Source of the DNA: Butyricicoccaceae bacterium
GTDB taxonomy: Bacteria; Bacillota; Clostridia; Oscillospirales; Butyricicoccaceae
Assembly (NCBI GenBank): GCA_052289195.1
Contig: DAWAJD010000005.1
Location: forward strand, 12,537-76,536
Direction: 5' to 3'
Length of the DNA: 64,000 bases
Positions 1 to 7,922 of the stretch are shown here, piece by piece. The notes under the pieces were generated by a model. That model worked only from the letters and a program-made list of their open reading frames with translations. It had not been told where the DNA came from and made no database searches. Both the position numbers and the translations under genes were made by a program. Each line of letters begins with the position of its first letter. Positions within the stretch are counted from its first letter, which is position 1.

Positions 1-1
1 C

Positions 2-259
2 TATATCTATGCCAGCAATGCGCTGTACGGTCAGGATCCGGAGGCCGCCCGGGCCCGGTCCCAGGCGCTGTGCAGCGCGGCAAAGCAGGATATCCGGGTT
101 CTGAACGCCAGTCTGGCGCGCTTTACGGGGCCGCTGCAGCAGGCGGGCAGCGCCATCAACAATGCCTATATCAAATCCACCGGCCAGCCGGAGGGCGTTC
201 GCAGCTATGGCCGGGTGGTGGATCTGCTGCTGGCATATCATTTTGCCGGGCAGCCCTGA
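2..259 (+). CDS. 3' end of an upstream gene (last 85 aa; DUF3810-like tail)
   Basis: Frame 2 is open from the window edge to TGA 257-259 and translates to ...NNAYIKSTGQPEGVRSYGRVVDLLLAYHFAGQP. Codon usage is GC3-rich like the neighbours. A terminator hairpin follows. The family name rests only on my recollection of DUF3810 C-termini. Confidence 0.45.
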   Translation, partial: YIYASNALYGQDPEAARARSQALCSAAKQDIRVLNASLARFTGPLQQAGSAINNAYIKSTGQPEGVRSYGRVVDLLLAYHFAGQP

Positions 260-290
260 GCGCAGGGGCAGCGGCATAACGGATATACTA

Positions 291-353
291 AAAAAATCCA
301 TGCGGCGCACTGTGATTTTATGGAAACGGTGCATTGCATGGATTTCTTTTTTT
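291..353 (+). terminator. Rho-independent terminator of the upstream gene
   Basis: The outer stem is AAATCCATGC (294-303) paired with GCATGGATTT (336-345). It encloses an inner GCAC/GTGC helix and is followed by CTTTTTTTT. Confidence 0.6.
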
Positions 354-362
354 GCGTATAAT
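334..362 (+). promoter_or_regulatory. Candidate sigma-A promoter with no recognisable gene behind it
   Basis: TTGCAT (334-339), a 17-nt spacer, then TATAAT (357-362). The -35 element sits in the 3' arm of the preceding terminator. Confidence 0.4.
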
Positions 363-664
363 TATTCTAAGCTGCTGTCCGGGCGGAAAAATGCCGCAAG
401 GACGCGCGAATTTCTTCAGAAGTCACTGTTTCACTACTTTCTTCCGCCGGGGAGCTGGTCGCCGCCAGCTTCCCGGCACTTCCTTTGTGGAAAAATCCCG
501 GATGGCGGAGCCGAAGAATATGCATAAGACCAAACGCCTTATGCGGCAAAAAACGCGGGCAGATCCTGCGGAAACGGCGGGGATCCGGAAGCGCAACGCC
601 AGCTTTTGTGCAGAGCATACAAAAGCATCCTATGATTTTTTGGAAGGTTCGTGAAGGCTGCGTA

Positions 665-693
665 TTGCATATAAATCCAAAAGTTCGTATAAT
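665..693 (+). promoter_or_regulatory. Sigma-A promoter of the amino-acid ABC transporter operon
   Basis: TTGCAT (665-670), a 17-nt spacer, then TATAAT (688-693), about 40 nt upstream of the ATG at 732. Confidence 0.55.
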
Positions 694-731
694 TATCCCA
701 TCACAAAACGAAAGAAACGAGGAACCTTCTT

Positions 732-1670
732 ATGAAAAAAACAACGAAGATCATCGCCCTTCTGATGGCGGTCATGATGATGACTCTGCTCTGTGCCTGC
801 GGCAACCAGGAGAACGGAGCAGCCAAGAACAACAGCGAGGACAGCCAGAACAACGGCGAAGCAAACCAGAGCGGCCAGCAGGCGGAAGCGCCTAAGACGC
901 CCGCCAACGCGCTGGAGCAGATCAAGGCCGACGGCGTCCTGACCGTGGCCCTCTCTCCCGACTTCACCCCCATGGAGTTTGTAGACTCCTCCAAGGAGGG
1001 CCAGGAGCAGTATGTGGGCTTTGATGTGTCTCTGGCCAACTTCATTGCCCAGGAGCTGGGCGTCAGCCTGGAGATCCAGGCCATGAACTTTGATGCCTGC
1101 CAGACCGCCGTTTATACCGGCTCCGTGCCCATGGCTATCTCCGGCTTCAGCTGGACAGAGGATCGCGCAGAGAACTATGAGATGTCTGATTATTACTATG
1201 CCGGCGAAAACGAGACCGAGCAGGTTCTGCTGATCCGCAAGGACGACGCCGAGACCTATACCAAGGCGGAGGATTTTGCCGGCAAGGATGTGGGCGCGCA
1301 GGTCTCCTCTTTGCAGATGCAGCTGGTGCAGGATCAGCTGGCCGGAGCCAATCCCATCACCATCGGCACCATCGACACCGGCGTTTTGGAGCTGAAGAGC
1401 GGCAACATCGAGGCACTGGCCGTGGCCACCGGCAACGGCGAAATGATCTGCCAGAACAACCCTGATCTGATGGTCTGCGCATGGAAGTTTGATGTGAAGG
1501 CAGAATATGAGGCCAATGTCATCATCATGCAGAAGGGTGAGACCGAGCTGCTGGAGGCCGTCAACGCCGCGCTGGCCAAGGCTTATGAGGCCGGCTACTA
1601 CGGCGAATGGTACGAGGCCGCTGTGGAGCTGGGCAAGTCTGCAGCCGCCACCGAGGTCACCCTCGACTGA
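732..1670 (+). CDS. Polar amino-acid ABC transporter substrate-binding lipoprotein
   Basis: 312 aa. It has a signal peptide with lipobox LLCACGN and a low-complexity N/Q/E linker. The rest is a type 3 periplasmic-binding-protein-like sequence (LTVALSPDFTPMEFVD..., GFDVSLANFIAQELG). It is first in an SBP-permease-ATPase operon. Confidence 0.9.
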   Translation: MKKTTKIIALLMAVMMMTLLCACGNQENGAAKNNSEDSQNNGEANQSGQQAEAPKTPANALEQIKADGVLTVALSPDFTPMEFVDSSKEGQEQYVGFDVSLANFIAQELGVSLEIQAMNFDACQTAVYTGSVPMAISGFSWTEDRAENYEMSDYYYAGENETEQVLLIRKDDAETYTKAEDFAGKDVGAQVSSLQMQLVQDQLAGANPITIGTIDTGVLELKSGNIEALAVATGNGEMICQNNPDLMVCAWKFDVKAEYEANVIIMQKGETELLEAVNAALAKAYEAGYYGEWYEAAVELGKSAAATEVTLD

Positions 1671-1737
1671 GCATCCCAAACGAAAAAATAAACCCGGGCC
1701 GGATACCGCAAAAGGCGTCCGGCCCTGCTGACTGGAG

Positions 1738-2469
1738 ATGAAACCTATGAATATGACGCCGCTTTTTCTGGCGTCCACCGGCTTCAAATTTATCGACTGG
1801 CAGAAGCTTTGGGCGATCCTGTTGAAATATTGGGACAAATTTCTCATTGAGGGTGTGAAATACACCCTGCTGATCTCCGCCATCACCGTGTTTTTCGGCG
1901 CGATCCTTGCGGCGGCGCTGGCGCTGATGAAGATGTCCAAGATCCTGCCTTTGCGGTGGCTTTCGGCCATCTATGTGGAGGTTATCCGCGGCACGCCAAT
2001 GCTGCTGCAGCTGTATTTCTTCTATTTCGGGCTGCCCATGCTGATCCCGGCGCTGAACAAGCAGAAGCTTTTGTGCATCTGCATCGCCCTGATCTGCAAC
2101 AGCGCGGCTTATGTTTCTGAGGTGATCCGTTCCGGCATCCAGGCGGTGGATCCCGGTCAGACGGAGGCCGCCCTGAGCCTGGGCTTCAATAAGAAGCAGA
2201 CCATGTGGTATATTGTTCTGCCTCAGGCGGTGAAAAACATCCTGCCGGCGCTGGGCAATGAGTTTATCATGATCGTCAAGGATACTTCGCTGGCCTCCAC
2301 CTTCTTCGTGGGCGAGCTGATGACCCAGTATCTGCTGGTGAAGGGCACCACCATGCTGCCCATTGAGCCGCTGGTGATCGTGGGCGTAGTCTATTTCATT
2401 CTGACCTTTGTCTTGAGCAAGGTCTTCGGAAAGCTGGAAAGGAGGATGAGCCGCGGTGACCGGACATGA
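1738..2469 (+). CDS. Amino-acid ABC transporter permease (His/Glu/Gln/Arg/opine family)
   Basis: 243 aa, multi-pass membrane protein. It has the EAA-type loop motif ([30 protein letters not shown]) and sits between the SBP and the ATPase. Confidence 0.9.
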   Translation: MKPMNMTPLFLASTGFKFIDWQKLWAILLKYWDKFLIEGVKYTLLISAITVFFGAILAAALALMKMSKILPLRWLSAIYVEVIRGTPMLLQLYFFYFGLPMLIPALNKQKLLCICIALICNSAAYVSEVIRSGIQAVDPGQTEAALSLGFNKKQTMWYIVLPQAVKNILPALGNEFIMIVKDTSLASTFFVGELMTQYLLVKGTTMLPIEPLVIVGVVYFILTFVLSKVFGKLERRMSRGDRT

Positions 2470-3199
2470 GCTGATCCAGGTAAAGGACCTGAAGAAATAT
2501 TATCATAAAGGGGCCATCAAGGCGCTGGACGGCGTTACGGTAGACATCGAAAAGGGCGATGTGGCCGTGGTCATCGGCCCCTCCGGCGGCGGAAAGAGCA
2601 CCTTTCTCCGCTCGCTGAACCTGCTGGAAACGCCCACCTCCGGCAGCATCATCTTTGACGGCGAGGATATCACCGGGAAAAAGGTGGATCTGCCGCTGCA
2701 CCGGCAGAAAATGGGCATGGTCTTCCAGCATTTCAATCTCTTTCCCCATAAGACGATCCTGGAAAATCTGACGCTGGCCCCCATGAAGGTCAAGCACATC
2801 TCCGAGGCGGAGGCCAAAGCCAAGGCCATGGCGCTTCTGGAGCGGGTGGGCTTGGCAGACCGGGCCGGGGCTTATCCGGCCCAGCTTTCCGGCGGACAGA
2901 AGCAGCGGGTGGCCATTGTCCGCGCGCTGTGCATGGAGCCGGAGGTCATGCTCTTTGACGAGCCGACCTCTGCGCTGGACCCGGAAATGGTGGGCGAGGT
3001 TCTGGAGGTCATGAAGGAGCTGGCGCGGGACGGCATGACCATGGTGGTGGTCACCCATGAGATGGGCTTTGCTCGGGAGGTGGCCAGCCGCGTGCTGTTC
3101 ATCGCTCAGGGCCAGCTGCTGGAGCAGGGGTCGCCGGAGGAGGTTTTCGGAAATCCCCAGCATCCCCGTTTGAAGGAATTCCTCAGTAAGGTTTTATAA
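2456..3199 (+). CDS. Amino-acid ABC transporter ATP-binding protein (GlnQ-like)
   Basis: 247 aa with Walker [10 protein letters not shown], signature [11 protein letters not shown] and Walker [12 protein letters not shown]. The GTG start overlaps the permease stop, and GGAGGA lies upstream. Confidence 0.93.
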   Translation: MTGHELIQVKDLKKYYHKGAIKALDGVTVDIEKGDVAVVIGPSGGGKSTFLRSLNLLETPTSGSIIFDGEDITGKKVDLPLHRQKMGMVFQHFNLFPHKTILENLTLAPMKVKHISEAEAKAKAMALLERVGLADRAGAYPAQLSGGQKQRVAIVRALCMEPEVMLFDEPTSALDPEMVGEVLEVMKELARDGMTMVVVTHEMGFAREVASRVLFIAQGQLLEQGSPEEVFGNPQHPRLKEFLSKVL

Positions 3200-3214
3200 A
3201 GATTGGGTCGCAAA

Positions 3215-3456
3215 AGGCCCGGCGAGCGGTTCGCCGGGCCTGAGACTGTCGAAAAACCGCTTCGCTGGGTTTTTCTCGACAGTTTGGCTCCGGCCTGCGG
3301 GCCGGTTTCGCCAAATTTTTGCGAAAATTTGGCGGGTTACGGTGTTTTTTCCCGGCACATGTCCGTGAAAAAACATCCCATAGGAAAAAGCCTGCAGTTC
3401 TGCAGGCTTTTTCGACAAGCTGAGGCCCGGCGAGCATTCGCCGGGCCTTTTGTTTT
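3215..3456. repeat. Array of seven consecutive stem-loops bounded by two near-identical 26-27-bp palindromes
   Basis: H1 is 3215-3241 (AGGCCCGGCGA-GCGGT-TCGCCGGGCCT). H2 is 3246-3282. H3 is 3290-3305. H4 is 3310-3333 (GCCAAATTTT-TGCG-AAAATTTGGC). H5 is 3343-3375. H6 is 3385-3412 (AAAAAGCCTGCA..TGCAGGCTTTTT). H7 is 3423-3448 (AGGCCCGGCGA-GCAT-TCGCCGGGCCT) followed by a T-run. The array lies between convergent genes. Confidence 0.6.
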
Positions 3457-3471
3457 GTGGGTTTTCCAGGG

Positions 3472-4926
3472 TCAGTCTGCCATGCAGAGCCCCTCCAGCA
3501 CCTCGCTGCCGAAGCGCGGGCCATCGGGCGTTTCCAGCGCAAAGGCGTCGGAAAGCTTCAGCCAGCGGGAAGTGCCCCCTTCCTCCCGGGCCCGGACCCA
3601 GAGCAGATCGTCCGTCCCAACCAGCGTCAGCGTTTCGCCGGGCTGGGCGGCGCCGGTGGCGGGCGCGCCGGCGTCCTTGTCTGCGCCGGACCAGAGGAAT
3701 ATCGGCTGCAGCACCGTTACGGGAAACTCCTGCGTGGCGGCATATTCCGTCTGGGGCTGCCGCACCAGCCAGCCCCGGCTGTTCAGCGCATATTCCGCGT
3801 CGGCAAACCAGGTCTGCAAAACGCTGAGACGGAAATAGCTCTTCACCGTACCGCTGCCGGAGAATTCCATGTCTGACCAGTCCAGCACGGGGCTGAAGAT
3901 CAGTCCCTCCAGCTTGCCGATGCAGCGGAGCGTCGTGCCGTCAAAGCGGAAGAAGGTGGTGGCGTAGTCGTCGCTGGGACCCCATTCCTGAAGGGCGATC
4001 TCCAGATAGCCGTCGGTCTCGTCCAGATCCGTGATGGCGTAGGCCGGGTCCGGATGCTCAAAATAGACGCCTGCTTCGGTAAGGGCCGGGGCGTAGTCCA
4101 TGCCGTTGATGACGAAATGCGCCAGCGCTTGCTCCGGCTCCGCTTCGTCGCTTTCCGGCGGCAGCGCCGCCAGGACCGTGTCGCCTGTGCTGCCGGGATA
4201 CAGGGGACAAAGCACCGCCTTGCCGCATTCCACGATGAGGGGATAGACCTGGGGATCGTCCACAAAGGTCAGCCCGTCCAGCGCGATCTCCGTGCCGCCG
4301 CCGATGGCAAAGGAAAGCTCCGGCGTGCAGCGGAAAAGATAGCGCGCCGCGCCGGAATAAAGGGGCTGCTGCCAGAGGGCGGTCAGCTCGTAAATGCGCT
4401 TTTCAAAGGCCGAGTAGTCCAGCGTCAGCAGCGTCCCCTGAACGGAGCCCTCCATGGGATCGGAGGGGAGGATGCCCCAGCCGGCCTCGTCCCAGCTGCG
4501 GACGGTGAGCGTGTCCGGCGGGACGGCAAAGTCCAGCGCCAGCGTTTCCTGCCGGGTGGGCAGCTGCGGGATGTCCTCCAGCGGGATGGCGGTGGTTTCT
4601 GCGGAGAGAAGATCTGTCCCGGCGGTGCTTCCGCCGGCGGTGGCATAGCTCCAGCGGTCCGGCTGGAGCAGCGCAGTGACCGTGCCGCCGTCTGCCTGCA
4701 GCGTCAGCGCCGGCGGGGCAGAAAGGGCGCCCTCCGCAGGATCGGTGGGCTTGGGGCCGGGGGCTTCCGGGGCCTCCGGCGTCTCCGGCGGGGTCTCCGG
4801 CGTCGGGCTGGGCTGGGCGGGGCCTTCCGCCGTGTCGCCGGGCGTGGGCTTGCTTCCGCAGGAGGAAAGCAGCGCCAAAACCAGCATCAGGGCCAAAAAC
4901 AGGGAAAAAACCGCTCTTTTTTTCAT
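3472..4926 (-). CDS. Hypothetical secreted lipoprotein with a Pro/Glu/Thr-rich linker
   Basis: 484 aa. It has a signal peptide with lipobox LLSSCGS followed by a PTPETPPETPEAPEAPGPKP linker. I recognise no family. Codon usage is GC3-rich and genome-like. Confidence 0.75.
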   Translation of the reverse strand: MKKRAVFSLFLALMLVLALLSSCGSKPTPGDTAEGPAQPSPTPETPPETPEAPEAPGPKPTDPAEGALSAPPALTLQADGGTVTALLQPDRWSYATAGGSTAGTDLLSAETTAIPLEDIPQLPTRQETLALDFAVPPDTLTVRSWDEAGWGILPSDPMEGSVQGTLLTLDYSAFEKRIYELTALWQQPLYSGAARYLFRCTPELSFAIGGGTEIALDGLTFVDDPQVYPLIVECGKAVLCPLYPGSTGDTVLAALPPESDEAEPEQALAHFVINGMDYAPALTEAGVYFEHPDPAYAITDLDETDGYLEIALQEWGPSDDYATTFFRFDGTTLRCIGKLEGLIFSPVLDWSDMEFSGSGTVKSYFRLSVLQTWFADAEYALNSRGWLVRQPQTEYAATQEFPVTVLQPIFLWSGADKDAGAPATGAAQPGETLTLVGTDDLLWVRAREEGGTSRWLKLSDAFALETPDGPRFGSEVLEGLCMAD

Positions 4927-5080
4927 AAAACCGCTCCTTTCGGATGGATCTTTCGCTTTATTTTACCACGAAAGCCCGGGTTTATCAACGGTCAGGCGCT
5001 GCCGGGGCTTCCTTTTTGCGGCGGACTGTGCTATACTGCGAAAAGATACGAAAGCTGTAGAAAAGCGGAGGACGGAGCGT

Positions 5081-6736
5081 ATGGAAGCAGTGTTTGAGCG
5101 GATCTGGAAGGTCATGGAGGCAGATCCGGGCAACCGGGGCCTGACTCGGGATGTGCCCCGGCCTGATCTGGCCGCCCTTGGACGGAGCCTGCTGGAGGCG
5201 GGCGAGGTGTTCATCCTTTCGGGCTTCCCGGTGCAGAAGGCCGGCGGCGCGGGGGAGACGGACGGCCCGGTGGGCGCCTGCGATCTGGCGGCGGTGCTCT
5301 GCAGTCTGGACAAAAAGGTCACCGTGCTCACCGACGAGCCCTCCTGCGCCGCGCTGCTGACCGCCTGCGAGCAATATGCGCCCGGCGCGGAGGTGCTGTG
5401 CGTGCCCCGGCGGGGCGGCCCGGCCTTTTGCTACCGTCTGCTGAAGCAGCGCCGGCCAACACATATTATCGCCATCGAGCGCCCCGGCAAGGGCCGGGAC
5501 GGCCATTACCATAATTTCCGGGGAGAATGGATCGACGAGCTGCTTTCCGACACCGACCTGCTGATGCAGGCGGAAAACGCGGTAAAGATCGGCATCGGCG
5601 ACGGCGGCAACGAGCTTGGCATGGGCGCGCTGCGCAGCCAGATCGAGCGGCAGGTGGAGCGGGGCGACCTGATCTGCGCCGAGGCAAAGGCGGATTTCAC
5701 GCTGACCTCCGGCGTGTCCAACTGGTGGGGCTGGGGCATCCGGGCGGTGCTCACCGCGCTCACCGGGCGGGATCTCATGCCCACAGAGCAGCAGGAATGG
5801 GCGCTGCTGCGGGCCATCGTGGCGCAGGGCTGCGTAGACGGCGTCACGGGGCAGGCGGAGCTGACGGTGGATCATCTTTCGCAGGAGGAAAATCTTGCAG
5901 TCCTGCGGGCCCTGCGGGAGGCAGTGCGCCTGCCGGATTATGGAAGGATGGAGCCGGCGCAGGCCCGGCGGCTGTTTCGGGCAGACGCGCTGGTGCGGCC
6001 CACGGCAGGGATGTGCGCAGGCTATGCCCAGTGCAATCTGCTGGCGCTGCCCTCGGCGCTGGCGGCGGACTTCCGGGAGTTTGCCCGGCGAAATCCCTTT
6101 TCCTGCCCGGTGCTGGAGGAAAGCGAGCGGGGCAGCCGCAGCCTGAAGCTGCTGGGGCGCGATCTGGATCTTGCCCGGGATTTTCCTCGCTACCGGATCT
6201 GGAAGGACGGCGTGCTGACAGATCAGCCCCTGGATCTGGAGGAGTATTGGAACGAGGATCTGGTGGCCTTCCTCATCGGCTGCAGCTTTTCCTTTGAAGA
6301 CGCGCTGCTGCAGGCCGGCGTGCCGGTGCGGCACATTGAGGAGGGGCGCAATGTGCCCATGTTCCGCACCTCCATCGACTGCGAGCCCTATGGGGCGTTT
6401 TCCGGCAAAATGGTGGTGAGCATGCGCCCCATGACGCCGGAGAAGGCGGAACAGGCCCGGGAGATCACGGCCCGGATGCCCCGCGTCCATGGCGCCCCGG
6501 TGCAGATCGGCCATCCGGAGCGCATTGGCGTCCGGGATATTCTCCGTCCGGATTTCGGCGACGCCGTCACGGTAAAGGCGGGGGAGATCCCCGTGTTCTG
6601 GCCCTGCGGCGTGACGCCACAGTCGGTGGTGATGCAGGTGCGTCCGCCCTTCGCCATCACCCATGCGCCGGGACATATGCTCATCACCGATGTGAAAAAC
6701 AGCGACCTGATGACGCCGCCGCAGGAAAAGCGCTGA
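5081..6736 (+). CDS. Two-domain protein: DUF4392-like N-terminal half fused to a DUF1445 (UPF0317 putative hydro-lyase / D-glutamate cyclase-like) C-terminal half
   Basis: The start was moved to the ATG at 5081 (MEAVFERIW...), which is preceded by GGAGGACGGAG. The upstream part of the 686-aa track ORF overlaps the divergent lipoprotein gene. The N-terminal half contains ILSGFPV...ETDGPVGA...IIAIERPGKG...IGDGGNELGMG. The C-terminal half contains TAGMCAGYAQCNLLALP...VAFLIGCSFSFE...MVVSMRP...VHGAPVQIG...VFWPCGVTPQ...ITHAPGHMLITD. Confidence 0.7.
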   Translation: MEAVFERIWKVMEADPGNRGLTRDVPRPDLAALGRSLLEAGEVFILSGFPVQKAGGAGETDGPVGACDLAAVLCSLDKKVTVLTDEPSCAALLTACEQYAPGAEVLCVPRRGGPAFCYRLLKQRRPTHIIAIERPGKGRDGHYHNFRGEWIDELLSDTDLLMQAENAVKIGIGDGGNELGMGALRSQIERQVERGDLICAEAKADFTLTSGVSNWWGWGIRAVLTALTGRDLMPTEQQEWALLRAIVAQGCVDGVTGQAELTVDHLSQEENLAVLRALREAVRLPDYGRMEPAQARRLFRADALVRPTAGMCAGYAQCNLLALPSALAADFREFARRNPFSCPVLEESERGSRSLKLLGRDLDLARDFPRYRIWKDGVLTDQPLDLEEYWNEDLVAFLIGCSFSFEDALLQAGVPVRHIEEGRNVPMFRTSIDCEPYGAFSGKMVVSMRPMTPEKAEQAREITARMPRVHGAPVQIGHPERIGVRDILRPDFGDAVTVKAGEIPVFWPCGVTPQSVVMQVRPPFAITHAPGHMLITDVKNSDLMTPPQEKR

Positions 6737-6752
6737 AATCGCGGAAAAATAC

Positions 6753-6781
6753 TTGATTTTTTCCCCGGAATCAGTTATACT
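6753..6781 (+). promoter_or_regulatory. Candidate promoter for tRNA-Thr
   Basis: TTGATT (6753-6758), a 17-nt spacer, then TATACT (6776-6781), about 40 nt upstream of the tRNA. Confidence 0.4.
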
Positions 6782-6783
6782 AT

Positions 6784-6815
6784 ACGGGCGGTGGAAAAAT
6801 TCGCCGCCCGTTTTG
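6784..6815 (+). terminator. Hairpin plus short T-run between the DUF4392/DUF1445 gene and the tRNA
   Basis: ACGGGCGG (6784-6791) pairs with CCGCCCGT (6804-6811) and is followed by TTTT. It would lie inside the tRNA leader if the candidate promoter is real, so its role is ambiguous. Confidence 0.4.
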
Positions 6816-6821
6816 ACCTCT

Positions 6822-6897
6822 GCTGGAATAGCTCAGTCGGTAGAGCAGCTGATTCGTAATCAGCAGGTCGCGTGTTCAAGTCACGTTTCCAGCTCCA
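6822..6897 (+). tRNA. tRNA-Thr (anticodon CGT), CCA encoded
   Basis: The cloverleaf was read by hand. The acceptor is GCTGGAA/TTCCAGC. The D arm is GCTC-AGTCGGTA-GAGC. The anticodon stem GCTGA/TCAGC carries loop TTCGTAA. The T arm is GCGTG-TTCAAGT-CACGT. The discriminator is T, followed by CCA. Confidence 0.93.
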
Positions 6898-6994
6898 GAA
6901 GCACCGAAAGCCATTCGGAGTGTGTCGATAAAGAAGTCCCTTAAAAGCATTGAGAATACTAACTTTATTGACAGACGCCAAAAGTGACAGGTCG

Positions 6995-7032
6995 AAAAAG
7001 GACACTATCTGAAAAAGATGGTGTCCTTTTTT
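6995..7032 (+). terminator. Rho-independent terminator-like hairpin
   Basis: AAAAAGGACACTATC, loop TGAAAAA, then GATGGTGTCCTTTTTT (one G-U pair). Confidence 0.5.
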
Positions 7033-7064
7033 CATGCTCTTTTCTGGCTGTAAGGAGGAAAAAC

Positions 7065-7826
7065 ATGGCGGAGAACATGATATATGACTATTACTATGGA
7101 GACGAGAGCAGCCAATTTTCTTTTTATCGCATCCCCCGCCAGCTTATCACGGGGCAGCATTTCAAAAAAGTATCCACTGATGCAAAGCTGCTATACGGCC
7201 TCCTGCTTGACCGAATGGGCTTATCTGCCCGGAATGGCTGGTATGATGACGCTGGCCGGGTCTATATTTTTTACACGCTGGATGAGATTCAGGAGGACTT
7301 GAGCTGCGGCCACGAAAAAGCTGTCAAGCTGCTGTCCGAACTGGACGCAGACAAAGGCTGTGGGCTGATCGAGCGCGTGAAACAAGGGCAAGGAAGGCCG
7401 GCAAAAATCTATGTCAAGCGCTTCACCACACGCCAGATAACCGCTGAATCCCTTGCGCCGCAGGAGCTTCCCAGACTTCCGAAAATCGGAAGTCAAGAAG
7501 TCGGAAAATCAGAAGTCAAGGCTTCCGAAAAACAGAAGTCAAGACTTCCGGTTTTCAGAAGTGCAGACTTTGGAAAATCGGACGGTAATTATATTGAATC
7601 TAATCAAACTGATTTCAGCTATAAAAATCAATCTATCCATCCATCCATCACCTTCCGCTTCCTTCATCGCTACCCGGACAATTTCCATGCAGGCATCGTC
7701 TGCGGCAGAGCCGAGGACGGCAGCCTGCTGGTGATCCACTGCGCCAGCGGATACAACAATGTGGTCATCACGGGAACGGACGGCTTTGCAGTTGCTGCAA
7801 GGCCGGGCTGCTTTTCGGGTCATTGA
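7065..7826 (+). pseudogene. Chimeric ORF: RepA_N-type replication initiator N-terminus joined in frame to the C-terminal tail of an NlpC/P60 (C40) peptidase
   Basis: The ATG at 7065 is preceded by AAGGAGG. The N-terminal part (YDYYYGDESSQFSFYRIPRQLI...STDAKLLYGLLLDRMGLS...YIFYTLDEIQEDL...RPAKIYVKRF) is a typical RepA_N of clostridial ICEs. After ...SDGNYIESNQTDFSY the sequence switches to HAGIVCGRAEDGSLLVIHCASGYNNVVITG, a typical C40 peptidase C-terminus. Confidence 0.6.
7474..7588. repeat. Five tandem imperfect 23-bp repeats (iteron-like) inside the RepA_N ORF
   Basis: The units start at 7474, 7497, 7520, 7543 and 7566. They read GACTTCCGAAAATCGGAAGTCAA, GAAGTCGGAAAATCAGAAGTCAA, GGCTTCCGAAAAACAGAAGTCAA, GACTTCCGGTTTTCAGAAGTGCA and GACTTTGGAAAATCGGACGGTAA. 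Unit 1 is internally palindromic (ACTTCCGA-AAA-TCGGAAGT). The 23-bp period is not a multiple of 3. Confidence 0.85.
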
Positions 7827-7848
7827 CTTTTTTCGACGGAGAAATATA

Positions 7849-7877
7849 TTGCAAATCAAAGAGCCATCCTATATACT
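7849..7877 (+). promoter_or_regulatory. Sigma-A promoter of the two-gene VapD-like module
   Basis: TTGCAA (7849-7854), a 17-nt spacer, then TATACT (7872-7877). The predicted transcription start lies downstream of the ATG at 7878, which supports the start at 7923. Confidence 0.5.
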
Positions 7878-7922
7878 ATGGGTGTAGAAGATGGTATTTT
7901 TCAGGCGACAGGAGGCGATACC

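Noticed and set aside
334-654. 106-aa plus-strand ORF (or its 87-aa internal version from 388) as a real gene
   Set aside because: The first 18 codons precede the predicted transcription start. The protein is extremely basic and low-complexity. Codon third positions are A/T-rich, unlike neighbouring genes. It is reported as a non-coding candidate instead, with the ORF noted as an alternative.
693-6676. Antisense and overlapping ORFs in the first 7 kb (for example 693-1970 minus, 2396-3163 minus, 4054-5097 plus, 4985-6676 minus, and the 4676-5080 extension of the DUF4392/DUF1445 ORF)
   Set aside because: Their composition is typical of off-frame translation of GC-rich genes. The 4676-5080 extension overlaps the divergent lipoprotein gene, and an RBS-supported ATG exists at 5081.
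7474-7588. Could the 23-bp tandem repeats be a CRISPR array?
   Set aside because: The units are contiguous with no spacers, are imperfect, and lie inside a RepA_N gene. No cas genes lie nearby. The VapD-like gene shares the Cas2 fold but is not Cas2 in a cas operon context.
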